A stretch of 64,000 bases of DNA from an uncultured Nitrososphaerota archaeon (lineage in GTDB: Archaea > Thermoproteota > EX4484-205 > JAAOZO01), in NCBI GenBank assembly GCA_964408285.1, contig CAYOYV010000005.1, forward strand, positions 32,001 to 96,000, written 5' to 3'. Positions within the stretch are counted from its first letter, which is position 1. Each line of letters begins with the position of its first letter. Below are positions 1-9,382 of the stretch, piece after piece. Made by a program: the position numbers and the translations under genes. Below the pieces are notes generated by a model. The model worked only from the letters and a program-made list of their open reading frames with translations, had not been told where the DNA came from and searched no databases.

Positions 1-1411
1 ACGAACAGTGATTCCAGGCTTCATAGATGCTCACGCTCACCTTGATGGAATTGGTCAAGGGCTTGAGACGCTTGATCTTAGAGGAACAAGATCAATAGAC
101 GAATTGAAGGAGCGGCTCGGATCCCATTCCGAGAGGGAGAAGAATGCTCGATGGATTCTAGGAAGGAACTGGGATCAGGAGCTATTCGAGGAGAAAAGGT
201 GGCCGGCCTCCAAGGACCTGGATGAGGTGGTCCATGAACGGGCTGTGGCCTTGGTTAGAGTGTGCGGCCATGCTGCGGTTCTCAACTCAAAGGCATTGGT
301 GGAATGTGGAATTCAGACGAAAGATCCAGAATCATTAGGCATAGCGAGAGACGAGCAAGGAGTACCCACGGGCGTCCTGACTGGAGATGCCCTTCGGTAT
401 CTCAATCAGAAGCTTATCAGCTTGACCTCGGACGCGGATCGGGCTAGACAGCTTCGAAACGGCCTAAGATTGGCTGCAAGTCTTGGCGTGACGACTTTGG
501 ATTTCGTGAGTTGCGATGCGGATTCATTCAGAGTGTTGCAGGAATTGAGAAGAAAGGACGCACTCCTCGTCAGAATCAGGATTCATATTACGCCTGACAT
601 GCTCCAAACCATGGTGACAACAGGACTTGGGGTAGGTTTCGGCGACCGCTGGCTCAAGGTCTCTGGGGTGAAAACGTTTGCAGATGGTTCTCTCGGGGCA
701 AGGACGGCTTGGTTGTCTTTCCCCTATGAGGACGACCCTGATAATCAAGGGAATGCAAGTTCGAGCGAGGACGAGCTCCTCGCCTTGGCAAGCTTGGCTG
801 AGAAACAGGACCTTCAGCTCGCAGTACATGGGATAGGTGACAGAGCAGTCGATCTGATTCTGGGGATCTTTAGCAGGTTGGAGAAAATCAAGAGCTTGAG
901 GCATAGGATAGAGCATTGCTCAATCGTAAGAGGCGATCAGATTCGGAGGATAGAGGCGCTTGGGGTGCCGTTGGTCGTCCAGCCTCACTTCGCAATCACG
1001 GATTGGTGGGCGCTGAATAGGGTTGGATCTAGGAGAGCGGATTATGTCTACCCATTTGGGACAATGATCAAGGAGGGTATCAGAGTCGCATTCAGCACCG
1101 ACTCCCCAGTTGAACCACTTGATCCGTGGAAGACAGTATATGCAGCGGTAACCAGGGGAGTCTATGAGGAGGGATCTCTCTCCCTTCAAACATCGGGTGA
1201 AGGAATCAGCCTTGAGCAGGCCCTCGATTGCTATACCCGCGGTTCCGCATTTGCTCTCAATGAAGAAGCGAATCTGGGAACCTTGGAGCCTGGCCATTTC
1301 GCTGACTTTCTGATCCTTGAGCCAGACCCATTCGACGTAGACGCCAAGGAGCTAGGGAACATTAGGATCGATGAAGCCTATGTCGGGGGCAGGAGAGTTC
1401 ATCCCATGTGA
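1..1411 (+). CDS. Amidohydrolase 3 family protein (YtcJ-like), 5'-truncated by window edge
   Basis: PGFIDAHAH metal-binding motif at the very start, plus KxFADGSLG, VHGIGD, HRIEHCS, FSTDSP and GTLEPGHFADF. The frame is open to the window edge. Confidence 0.88.
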   Translation, partial: RTVIPGFIDAHAHLDGIGQGLETLDLRGTRSIDELKERLGSHSEREKNARWILGRNWDQELFEEKRWPASKDLDEVVHERAVALVRVCGHAAVLNSKALVECGIQTKDPESLGIARDEQGVPTGVLTGDALRYLNQKLISLTSDADRARQLRNGLRLAASLGVTTLDFVSCDADSFRVLQELRRKDALLVRIRIHITPDMLQTMVTTGLGVGFGDRWLKVSGVKTFADGSLGARTAWLSFPYEDDPDNQGNASSSEDELLALASLAEKQDLQLAVHGIGDRAVDLILGIFSRLEKIKSLRHRIEHCSIVRGDQIRRIEALGVPLVVQPHFAITDWWALNRVGSRRADYVYPFGTMIKEGIRVAFSTDSPVEPLDPWKTVYAAVTRGVYEEGSLSLQTSGEGISLEQALDCYTRGSAFALNEEANLGTLEPGHFADFLILEPDPFDVDAKELGNIRIDEAYVGGRRVHPM

Positions 1412-1527
1412 TTGCAATTCGGCCATATCGTACTCAAACAAAGCTCAAAGGCATTGGACGGACTAAGTGCAGCAGCCAGCCTCAGTGGGGGAAACCTTTT
1501 CATCGAAGCCGAAGTTGTTCTATCTCA

Positions 1528-2325
1528 ATGGTGCGAATCGAAATCAGAGAGGTCAGCAACGAAAACCTCGATGATCTATGCCAGCTCTGCGTGCCAGTAG
1601 AAAGACGCAGTTCCCCAATCTATGGCAGAGGCATGGAAGATAAGAAGAAGTGGGCTACCCATGTCTTGGAGAGATCCGGCGTCATAGGGAAGCTTGCCTA
1701 CTATAGATCCAAACCGGCCGGGTTGTTGCAGTATGAACTAGTCGAAGAAGAGAAACTGATACGGATTCAATGCATCTATGTGCCCGACAGCGAGCACTGG
1801 AGGAAAGGAGTAGCTACCCGGCTTTTTTCTACACTTCTGGACGAAGCCAAGGAATCCAGGAGATGGTTTGGTGTTGGGCCCCTAGATGGGATTGTCGTAA
1901 GGACATTCCCTGCAGAGCAACACGGGCAATACCCTGCGAGACTCTTCTTCAAGCGATCGGGCTTCGTGCAGGTGGGAAATGATCCAGATCAGCTTTTCTT
2001 TCCGCTGAGGAGAGGTGCATCATACAAGCCACTTCAGAGGATCCCTTCAGAGTATTTGCCGCAGGAGGAGGATAGGAATAGGGCGACAATCCTATACAAC
2101 CCCTCTTTCTGTCCTTTCTCCTATGTTTTCTCAAGAAAAGGTGAGGATCTGATAAGGGAGGTGATCCCTGAGATTCAGGTCCACTGGATAGATAAGTCAG
2201 AGCAACCGGGCGAATTCGAGAAGCGAGGAGGCTTCGAGGGATGCGTTGTGAATCTGAATCCAATCAAGTCCTTCGTTCTGAACGAGGAGCAGTTCAAAAA
2301 GGAAGTCAAGCTTGCGGTCCGATAA
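1528..2325 (+). CDS. GNAT family N-acetyltransferase (YoaP-like)
   Basis: IQCIYV...WRKGVATRL acetyl-CoA motif, FFKRSGF and a C-terminal FCPF thioredoxin-like segment. ATG at 1528 preferred over the ORF-track start at 1408. Confidence 0.75.
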   Translation: MVRIEIREVSNENLDDLCQLCVPVERRSSPIYGRGMEDKKKWATHVLERSGVIGKLAYYRSKPAGLLQYELVEEEKLIRIQCIYVPDSEHWRKGVATRLFSTLLDEAKESRRWFGVGPLDGIVVRTFPAEQHGQYPARLFFKRSGFVQVGNDPDQLFFPLRRGASYKPLQRIPSEYLPQEEDRNRATILYNPSFCPFSYVFSRKGEDLIREVIPEIQVHWIDKSEQPGEFEKRGGFEGCVVNLNPIKSFVLNEEQFKKEVKLAVR

Positions 2326-2440
2326 TCACGGAACAATTGCCCCTGCTCCCATCGTGAGATTGCCAAGGGCAGAACATGTCGCGTCCCTAGATGCTGGCCA
2401 AAGTTAATATCCGAAAGCTGAATTCACCGATGCTAGGTGA

Positions 2441-3133
2441 ATGGAAAACCAAATGAGGACGAAAAGATTGTTGATGCTCACGCATTCAGCAGCGTTCCGG
2501 CATGACTATCTCCCGGTTGCCTCCCAGTCAATAAAGGAACTTGGAGAAAACTCGGGCATGTATGAAGCCGTCGCTACGGAGGATTGTGAAATGATTACGG
2601 AAGCGAAGCTAAGGGATTTCTCCGCGATTCTATTCGCTACAACCGGCGAGCTTCCCCTGAACAATGAGCAGAAGACCGCCTTATTGGATTTTGTCAGGAA
2701 CGGGAACGCCTTCGTTGGTATACACAACGCAGCCGACACTTTCTACAAATTCCCCGAGTATGGGGAGATGCTTGGAGGCTACTTCAACGGGCATCCATGG
2801 ACTCAAGAGATCGCGGTCATAGTCGAAGATCCCTCGCACCCCTCCGCAAGGCATCTGCCAATGAAGTTTGTGACAAAGGAAGAGGTGTACACGTTCAGGA
2901 ATTGGCAAAGGGACAAGACCCACGTGCTGCTAAGCTTGGATAATTCTTCAGTTGACCTTGGCAAGGGAACGAGAGAAGATAATGACTATGCTCTTTGTTG
3001 GTGTCATAACTATGGCAAAGGAAGGGTGTTCTACACAGCTTTCGGTCACTTCAAGGAGATTTGGGGCCAAGAGTGGCTCAGAAAGCATCTGCTGGAAGGC
3101 ATAGTGTGGTCGATGGGTTCCCAAACCAAATAA
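2441..3133 (+). CDS. ThuA-like (class I glutamine amidotransferase-like fold) protein
   Basis: FRHD, GNAFVGIHNAADT, GGYFNGHP, EEVY and YGKGRVFYTAFGH motifs. Confidence 0.85.
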   Translation: MENQMRTKRLLMLTHSAAFRHDYLPVASQSIKELGENSGMYEAVATEDCEMITEAKLRDFSAILFATTGELPLNNEQKTALLDFVRNGNAFVGIHNAADTFYKFPEYGEMLGGYFNGHPWTQEIAVIVEDPSHPSARHLPMKFVTKEEVYTFRNWQRDKTHVLLSLDNSSVDLGKGTREDNDYALCWCHNYGKGRVFYTAFGHFKEIWGQEWLRKHLLEGIVWSMGSQTK

Positions 3134-3214
3134 CGCGCTTCTGGCGAAGTCCGGATGCCGGTCAACGTGAAATAACAGCCTGACTGGTAGAGCTCCTCTT
3201 CACACAACAATGAC

Positions 3215-4345
3215 CTAGCGGAATAATTCGTCCTGGAGCTGGTGCCAGATGGCAATCGCTTCACCCGCCCCTTCCCCTTCGCGTAGGATGGGTTGAAATA
3301 TCAGATTTCCCTTTCTCTCGAGTGGAGAAAGAACTCTCCTGAAGTAGGCTGAAAGGGTTTCGCCGTCATCTCTGCTCACTTGGCCATAGTATATCTTCTG
3401 GGCATCCAAAATGCCTTTCATGATCGCGGGCCAATGATACATCTCGGGATTGCCCAGATTGACGCCCTTAACCTCTTCAAGCTCAAGGTAGATCTTCATT
3501 ATGTGCAGACCATTTCCGCAGAAGTGAATCCAGCAGCTGAATGGTTTCACGGCTTCTTTAAGGTAGGGTACTGCAAGACCTGCAAGCTCAGGAGACAGCA
3601 GGGTCGTACTATCCTCGCAGCAACGAGCGCCGCAATTCGACATAACCAAGTTACAGCTGTGATATCCGCCATCCAATGGCTCGCCAATCAGCGACTTAAG
3701 CCAGGAGGTGGTTTCTCTGTAGATATAACCAGTCAACGAAAGGAGATGCAGAACCAACTCCGGCCTTCTGTGGAATTCGCTGAAGATAGAGTCTCCCATA
3801 GCAAGATGGGCAATATCGAAGGGCCCTTGAGTATCAGGGAGATAGACCTTAACCGGTTTTCTCGCGAGATGCTCACGATAGGTCTCTAGGTATTGTCTGA
3901 ATCTCGGAAGAAGACCCTTCTCGATAATAGGATCAAGACTTTCTCTGGCAATCGTTGATATCTCTTGCTTACGAAGATGCTCCTTCAGCCAAGGCATCTT
4001 ATCCGGGAATATCTGCTGAGTCAGGCCAAATATCGATGCTAGAAACCCGACTCCGAAATTTATCCTCACGGAAGGAATGGCATCAGACTTGGCCCTTATG
4101 GCTCCCAAGGCAGACCAGAGTTGCTCGTAAAGCATCTCCTCCGCATCTAGGAACTGCTCTCTCATATCATATGAGGGAAGGCCCTTCCTGTCGATGACCG
4201 ACTCGTTGATCAGGATAGGCAGATAGTCTGGTTCTTTGCCCTCCCACGTCTCTCGTTGTCTTGTTTCTCCCTGACGTAGAATCTCCATGTCTGCCTCGTT
4301 ATCAATGAGATCGATTAGTTCTGTGAGGGGAACCTCGCTTGCCAT
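3215..4345 (-). CDS. Uroporphyrinogen decarboxylase-like / MtaA-CmuA-like TIM-barrel protein
   Basis: PDTQGPFDIAHLAMGDSIF, CEDSTTLLSP and IHFCGNG motifs. ATG at 4345 is the likely start. Confidence 0.65.
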   Translation of the reverse strand: MASEVPLTELIDLIDNEADMEILRQGETRQRETWEGKEPDYLPILINESVIDRKGLPSYDMREQFLDAEEMLYEQLWSALGAIRAKSDAIPSVRINFGVGFLASIFGLTQQIFPDKMPWLKEHLRKQEISTIARESLDPIIEKGLLPRFRQYLETYREHLARKPVKVYLPDTQGPFDIAHLAMGDSIFSEFHRRPELVLHLLSLTGYIYRETTSWLKSLIGEPLDGGYHSCNLVMSNCGARCCEDSTTLLSPELAGLAVPYLKEAVKPFSCWIHFCGNGLHIMKIYLELEEVKGVNLGNPEMYHWPAIMKGILDAQKIYYGQVSRDDGETLSAYFRRVLSPLERKGNLIFQPILREGEGAGEAIAIWHQLQDELFR

Positions 4346-4474
4346 CAATCTGTATCGGAAGCTGGCATCTTTATGATTTATGGTGGCGGGATTGCTGACG
4401 GATGCCAGCCCCGTCTGATGGTTCAAATGCAGGTTCGGGGTGGATCTTCTACAAGAATTGATCTCAGCTTTGGT

Positions 4475-5629
4475 CTAGAGCGTCTTCTCCCACATCTGGC
4501 TGGCTAGCTTACCTTCTCTCATGTACAGCTTTGTCTTGTCTCTTGCGGCGTCCTTACGCTGCCTCTGCTTTTCCAAGAACTGATTGAGCTTTTCTATGAA
4601 GATCTCCTTCAACTCACCAGTCAGGAGCTCTCCTCTTCTGTATCTTTCGGCTATGCCCTCTATCTTTGAGTCGTCCTCCTCGAGGAACATATACAGCCAT
4701 TGAAATGGAACATCGACATCAGGATTTCCTCCCAGCTTCCTGTGGAGTTCGATCGTCGCTTGGCCTCCCGAAAAAGCGTACTTGTAGATCTTCTCAGCCA
4801 CGATCTTCGGTTCATCGTCTAGATATATCGCTGTTTCTGGTCTGGAGGTGCTCATCTTTCCTTGAAAGCCGATCAACGGTGGAATAAATTTGGAATGAAT
4901 TGCCGCTGTCTTGTAGTAGCCCATGCCTTCCGCTACGTCTCTCTGGACACGCCAATAGGGATCCTGGTCTATCGCGGCTGGAATGAGGCACCTTTTCCTC
5001 TCGAGCATTGTCGGCACTATCTGTACTGCAGGATAGAATAGCATGCCTATGTTGGTTTGGAGATTGAACCCGAAGACAGCCTTGACAGTGCTGTAATTGA
5101 TCCTCCTTGCAATCTTGATCGCCATGTTGTACATTCTTCCCATGAATTCCGTATCCCGAAATATGAACGTCCTATCTGGGTCGAATCCCACGGCTATTAT
5201 GTCCAGTATATTGTCCAATGACCATTTATGCGCGTCCTCAAGAGTGAGGTTTCTTCTTTCCTCGAGAAATTTCTCATCGTCCGTTATTTGGATATAGAGG
5301 TTGACCTTGAACCGGTCCTGCAGCCATTTGGTGAAGTAGAAAGCGACTATGTGTCCTATATGCATTCGGCCGCTAGGCCCTCTTCCCGTATAGAGGAAGA
5401 AGCCCTTTCCGCTCTCATAATCGTCCAACACCTGATTCAGGTCTCTATGGGAGAAGAAGACTCTTCTTCTGAGCATGTGATGGCTTCCTTTCGCGTCTCG
5501 CTCAAGTCTAGCGTATAGCTCGTCGCTTATTTGCTCCGTTCCGAATTCCTGAATGAGTTTGTCATAATCGACTATTCCGCTGACTTCCCATGGAGTCACA
5601 ACGAATTCCTTTTCCTCTTCTGCGGACAT
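4475..5629 (-). CDS. trpS: Tryptophan--tRNA ligase (archaeal/eukaryotic type)
   Basis: VTPWEV N-terminus, YTGRGPSGRMHIGH (HIGH), AIDQDPY, KMSTS (KMSKS-like) and AFSGG. Confidence 0.97.
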   Translation of the reverse strand: MSAEEEKEFVVTPWEVSGIVDYDKLIQEFGTEQISDELYARLERDAKGSHHMLRRRVFFSHRDLNQVLDDYESGKGFFLYTGRGPSGRMHIGHIVAFYFTKWLQDRFKVNLYIQITDDEKFLEERRNLTLEDAHKWSLDNILDIIAVGFDPDRTFIFRDTEFMGRMYNMAIKIARRINYSTVKAVFGFNLQTNIGMLFYPAVQIVPTMLERKRCLIPAAIDQDPYWRVQRDVAEGMGYYKTAAIHSKFIPPLIGFQGKMSTSRPETAIYLDDEPKIVAEKIYKYAFSGGQATIELHRKLGGNPDVDVPFQWLYMFLEEDDSKIEGIAERYRRGELLTGELKEIFIEKLNQFLEKQRQRKDAARDKTKLYMREGKLASQMWEKTL

Positions 5630-5759
5630 TCCCCCATTTCAGGTTCAACAGCTGACTGAAGTTAAACATTCCTTCGCGTACCGTATGAATCTGTGGTAAT
5701 CGTACTTCTCAACGTGGGTGCGCCGGTCGAATCAGAATCAGGGGCGCTCTCGGATTAGC

Positions 5760-5781
5760 CTGAACTCAGATGAGAGTTCAG
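5760..5781. promoter_or_regulatory. 8-6-8 inverted repeat (CTGAACTC-AGATGA-GAGTTCAG) between divergent trpS and etfB; possible operator
   Basis: Perfect 8-bp inverted repeat seen in the intergenic sequence. Confidence 0.3.
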
Positions 5782-5973
5782 ACAAAAAGATCCCTTACAG
5801 GATGAGTGATAAGTACAGAGCCCGTTCAAGAATATGGCCGAGCGTCCAGAATAATGAAACTTCCTCTCCGACAAAGCAATGGTTGAGAATCAGGAGCGCG
5901 CGGCAACAATCCTGGATCGCAGCGAGATAAACAAATGCTTTTCTAGTTTGCTCTCTCCTAGAGCGTTCCGATA

Positions 5974-6801
5974 TTGGCTGGTCCTAGGATAATCGTGCTG
6001 ATTAAGGCTGTGCCTGACATAGAGCGAGTTAAATTCGACCAGGAAACAGGAAGGATAGACAGGAGCTCCGCCCAGCTAGAGCCGAACCCGTTCGATCTTA
6101 ATGCACTCGAGGCTGCGCTGAGGATCAAGGAACGGTTGGGCGGGATCATAACAGCGCTAAGTATGGGCCCACCTCAGGCTGAGACCGTACTGAGAGATGC
6201 GATTGCCAGGGGTGCCGACAAGGCTATTCTCTTGACAGACGAAGCTTTTGCTGGATCTGACACTCTCGCTACTTCCAGAGCCCTAGTCGCTGGAATCAGA
6301 AAAACAGGGGAGTTTGACCTCGTGATCGCTGGGGAGAAGTCTGTCGACGGAGACACTGGACAGGTTGGCTCTGAGGTGGCTTCCCTCTTGGGGCTTCCAT
6401 CCGATTCATATGTGGATTCAATCGAAGATGTCACCGACAACCGAATCACGGTTACCTGTGACTATGGAACTCGCCGATATGTTAGGGAGTCGACGTTCCC
6501 GTGTGTTATTTCTGTCACCAAGAATGTGGCTAGTCCCAGGCTGCCGAAGCTCGCTGACGCCCTTAGGTCAAGAAAGGCGAAAATCGAGATCAATGGGGCG
6601 TCAGATTTGGGCGAGTTTGTGGATAGGAAGACATTGGGGACACTGGGTTCTCCAACACATGTAATGAAGATACGAATTGGCTCGGAATCCAGACGAGACA
6701 GCAGAAGGCTTGCTGGAAGTCCGACAGAGGTGGCCAAAGAGCTTGCAGATTTGATAGAGTATTGGCTGCATGGGGGGAAGGGGATTGAAAAGACAGTCTG
6801 A
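5974..6801 (+). CDS. etfB: Electron transfer flavoprotein beta subunit (EtfB/FixA)
   Basis: IKAVPD, NPFDLNALEAAL, SMGPP, FAGSDTLATS, GEKSVDGDTGQVG and GSPT motifs. Confidence 0.93.
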   Translation: MAGPRIIVLIKAVPDIERVKFDQETGRIDRSSAQLEPNPFDLNALEAALRIKERLGGIITALSMGPPQAETVLRDAIARGADKAILLTDEAFAGSDTLATSRALVAGIRKTGEFDLVIAGEKSVDGDTGQVGSEVASLLGLPSDSYVDSIEDVTDNRITVTCDYGTRRYVRESTFPCVISVTKNVASPRLPKLADALRSRKAKIEINGASDLGEFVDRKTLGTLGSPTHVMKIRIGSESRRDSRRLAGSPTEVAKELADLIEYWLHGGKGIEKTV

Positions 6802-7774
6802 TGGGATTTTGGTGTTCTCTGAATTCATTTCCGGTTCTCTGCACCCTGTAACACTGGAAATACTTGGGAAGGCACGTGACCTAGCAGATAAGGTGTCTTC
6901 AGACGTACTTGCTGTGATGGTCGGAAGCGGCCTATCCGAGGCAGCACGTGAGCTTGTCTTTCACGGAGCAGATGTTGTGTATTCCATCGATCATCCATCG
7001 CTGACGGATTTTGATCCTTTGCTATTCCAGCAGAATCTCGTGCCCTTGTTGCGCGAACTGAATCCCTTGACATTTCTGCTAGGGGCAACCCAAATCGGAA
7101 GGTGCCTCGGACCAAGAATAGCCGCTCAGCTCGGAACCGGCATAACCGCTGACTGCACCGATCTCGATATGACCCCTGAAGGGAATCTCGTTCAGGTGAG
7201 GCCAGCGTTCGCAGGAAACATCATTGCGACAATAATCACAAGGACAAGGCCGCAGATGGCCACGGTCAGGTACAGGGTAATGAAACCCGCCTCCAGGGAC
7301 CAAAGTCGCGAAGGAAGGATAATAGCCAGAGACGCTGCTTTCACGACCCCGAGCGCCAAGGTGATAACAAGCTCCAGATCCACTGGCATTGACATCTCGT
7401 CAGCGGACATCATAGTTTCAGTCGGTCGTGGCCTCCCGAGACGCGAAGATCTAAGACTAATCGAGGATCTAGCAGACGCATTAGGGGGAATCGTGGGCTC
7501 AAGCAGGCCTCTGGTTGACGACGGTTGGATTTCAAAGGAGCACCAAGTAGGATTCAGCGGGAATGTTGTCAAACCCAGGCTCTACATAGCTTGCGGCATT
7601 TCAGGGTCTCCTCAGCACTTGTTCGGTATGAAGGACTCCGAATATATAATCGCCATAAACAAGGATCCAAGCGCCGCGATCTTCAGGGTTGCCGATGTCG
7701 GCGTCACAATGGATCTCAACGAGGTATTGCCTTTGCTCGCACTCGAGATCAGAAAAAGAAATTTAAGCCATTGA
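6785..7774 (+). CDS. etfA: Electron transfer flavoprotein alpha subunit (EtfA/FixB)
   Basis: GITADCT, RPAFAGN, ATVR, SVGRG, GSSRPLVD, QVGFSG, ACGISGSPQH and AINKDP. Overlaps the end of etfB; start is TTG 6785 or 6770. Confidence 0.93.
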   Translation: MKRQSDGILVFSEFISGSLHPVTLEILGKARDLADKVSSDVLAVMVGSGLSEAARELVFHGADVVYSIDHPSLTDFDPLLFQQNLVPLLRELNPLTFLLGATQIGRCLGPRIAAQLGTGITADCTDLDMTPEGNLVQVRPAFAGNIIATIITRTRPQMATVRYRVMKPASRDQSREGRIIARDAAFTTPSAKVITSSRSTGIDISSADIIVSVGRGLPRREDLRLIEDLADALGGIVGSSRPLVDDGWISKEHQVGFSGNVVKPRLYIACGISGSPQHLFGMKDSEYIIAINKDPSAAIFRVADVGVTMDLNEVLPLLALEIRKRNLSH

Positions 7775-9186
7775 GCACGAAGTCGGCCACCACAATGGTA
7801 GATGCAGTGCCAGAGGATGTCATATCGCAGCTTAAGGCCATCTTGGGAGAGCAATATGTTCTGACAGATCCTGCCATCACAAAGCCCTATCTTCTAGACG
7901 AGACTGCACCTTGGGTCAGGCCGAATCCGAGCAAGGCTATAGTGGTCGTCAAACCCGGAAGGACAGACGAAGTTTCGAGCATAATGAAAGTTGCGCATCA
8001 GAACGCGATATCCGTGTTCCCCCGAGGAGGTGGTACCGGACTATGCGGGGGGGCAGTACCCACCATTCCCGGAATCGTGATCGCCATGGAAAGAATGAAT
8101 CATGTGGAAATAGACAAGGAGAATCTATTGGCCATATGCGAAGCTGGCGTGACACTGCGCGATCTTTCCGCTGCAGCAGAGGAGGCCGGTCTGTCATTTC
8201 CTCCTCATCCAGGGGACGATAGTGCCCAGGTGGGGGCGATGGTTGCCACAAACGCGGGTGGTTCTAGGGCAATAAGGCATGGGGTGATGAGGAATGCGGT
8301 AAGGGGCCTTGAGGTCGTATTGGCGGATGGTCAAACAATGAAAATGAGCTGGAAGTTGCAGAAAGACAACACTGGATACAATCTCATGAATCTCTTCATA
8401 GGAAGTGAGGGGACTCTCGGAGTCATAACAGGCGCCGCGATCAAGCTTTCCCCTCGTTCCCCTTTCACGATGACGATGCTCATTCCTTATGATGATATCT
8501 ACGATGCGATCGGGACAGTTCCAGACATGCTTGTCTCAGGAATGACTCCGTTGGCCGTAGAATACGTCCAACGAAGAGAGATCTCAATTGTGGAAAAACA
8601 CCTCAATCAGGAATGGCCAGCAAGGCAGGGATCTGTCTTCCTTCTGGTAATCCTGGACGGGATGGACCAAGATGAAGTCTTCCGTATGGCGGAGAGGCTA
8701 TCCGAGATATCCAAGAAACGCAAGGCTCTAGATCCCATCGTTGCGGAATCAACAAAGGAGCAGGAGAGAATATTAAATATGAGAAGCAACATCTACACGG
8801 CCCTCAAGTCGGACTCGTACGATATCCTAGATGTTTCGGTTCCACCACCCATGATGGCCGAACTTGTCCAGAAGATCAATAAGATATCAGAAAGATTCGG
8901 GATATACATAGCACTCTACGGACACGCCGGAGATGGAAACCTGCATCCTCAGCTCATCTTCAAGGAAGGCATCGAATTGTCAACATATGAGAGAGCTAAG
9001 GAGGAGATATATGCTGAAGCGACTTCAATGGGAGGCGCCATCACAGCAGAGCACGGCATAGGAAAGATAAGGTCGAAGTTCCTTCATCAATACCTATCGG
9101 ATCGCCAACTTCAGCTTATGTCCGGGATAAAGAGGATATTCGATCCAAAAGGCATTCTGAATCCGGAGATCTCATTCGCAAGCTAG
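7771..9186 (+). CDS. FAD-linked 2-hydroxyacid dehydrogenase (GlcD/LctD D-lactate dehydrogenase family)
   Basis: PRGGGTGLCGGAVP, ATNAGG, GSEGTLGVIT, GHAGDGNLH, AEHGIG and DPKGILNP. TTG at 7771 overlaps the etfA stop; alternative start is ATG 7795. Confidence 0.88.
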   Translation: MSTKSATTMVDAVPEDVISQLKAILGEQYVLTDPAITKPYLLDETAPWVRPNPSKAIVVVKPGRTDEVSSIMKVAHQNAISVFPRGGGTGLCGGAVPTIPGIVIAMERMNHVEIDKENLLAICEAGVTLRDLSAAAEEAGLSFPPHPGDDSAQVGAMVATNAGGSRAIRHGVMRNAVRGLEVVLADGQTMKMSWKLQKDNTGYNLMNLFIGSEGTLGVITGAAIKLSPRSPFTMTMLIPYDDIYDAIGTVPDMLVSGMTPLAVEYVQRREISIVEKHLNQEWPARQGSVFLLVILDGMDQDEVFRMAERLSEISKKRKALDPIVAESTKEQERILNMRSNIYTALKSDSYDILDVSVPPPMMAELVQKINKISERFGIYIALYGHAGDGNLHPQLIFKEGIELSTYERAKEEIYAEATSMGGAITAEHGIGKIRSKFLHQYLSDRQLQLMSGIKRIFDPKGILNPEISFAS

Positions 9187-9382
9187 CAATCACGCGTGAC
9201 TCTTGATCTGGATTGGCATATGGCTATTGATACAGTAGATGCTCAGTGCAGAATCGCATGGGTGCGAGTCGGAATCAGCCAATCTTGAAACGTTCCTGTC
9301 ATCCGAGGTTATGCTTCTCGAATCGGCTTCCCGTTCAAAGGGTCTCAATGATGTTTGCGATCATTTGCGCTACGCTTCATGC

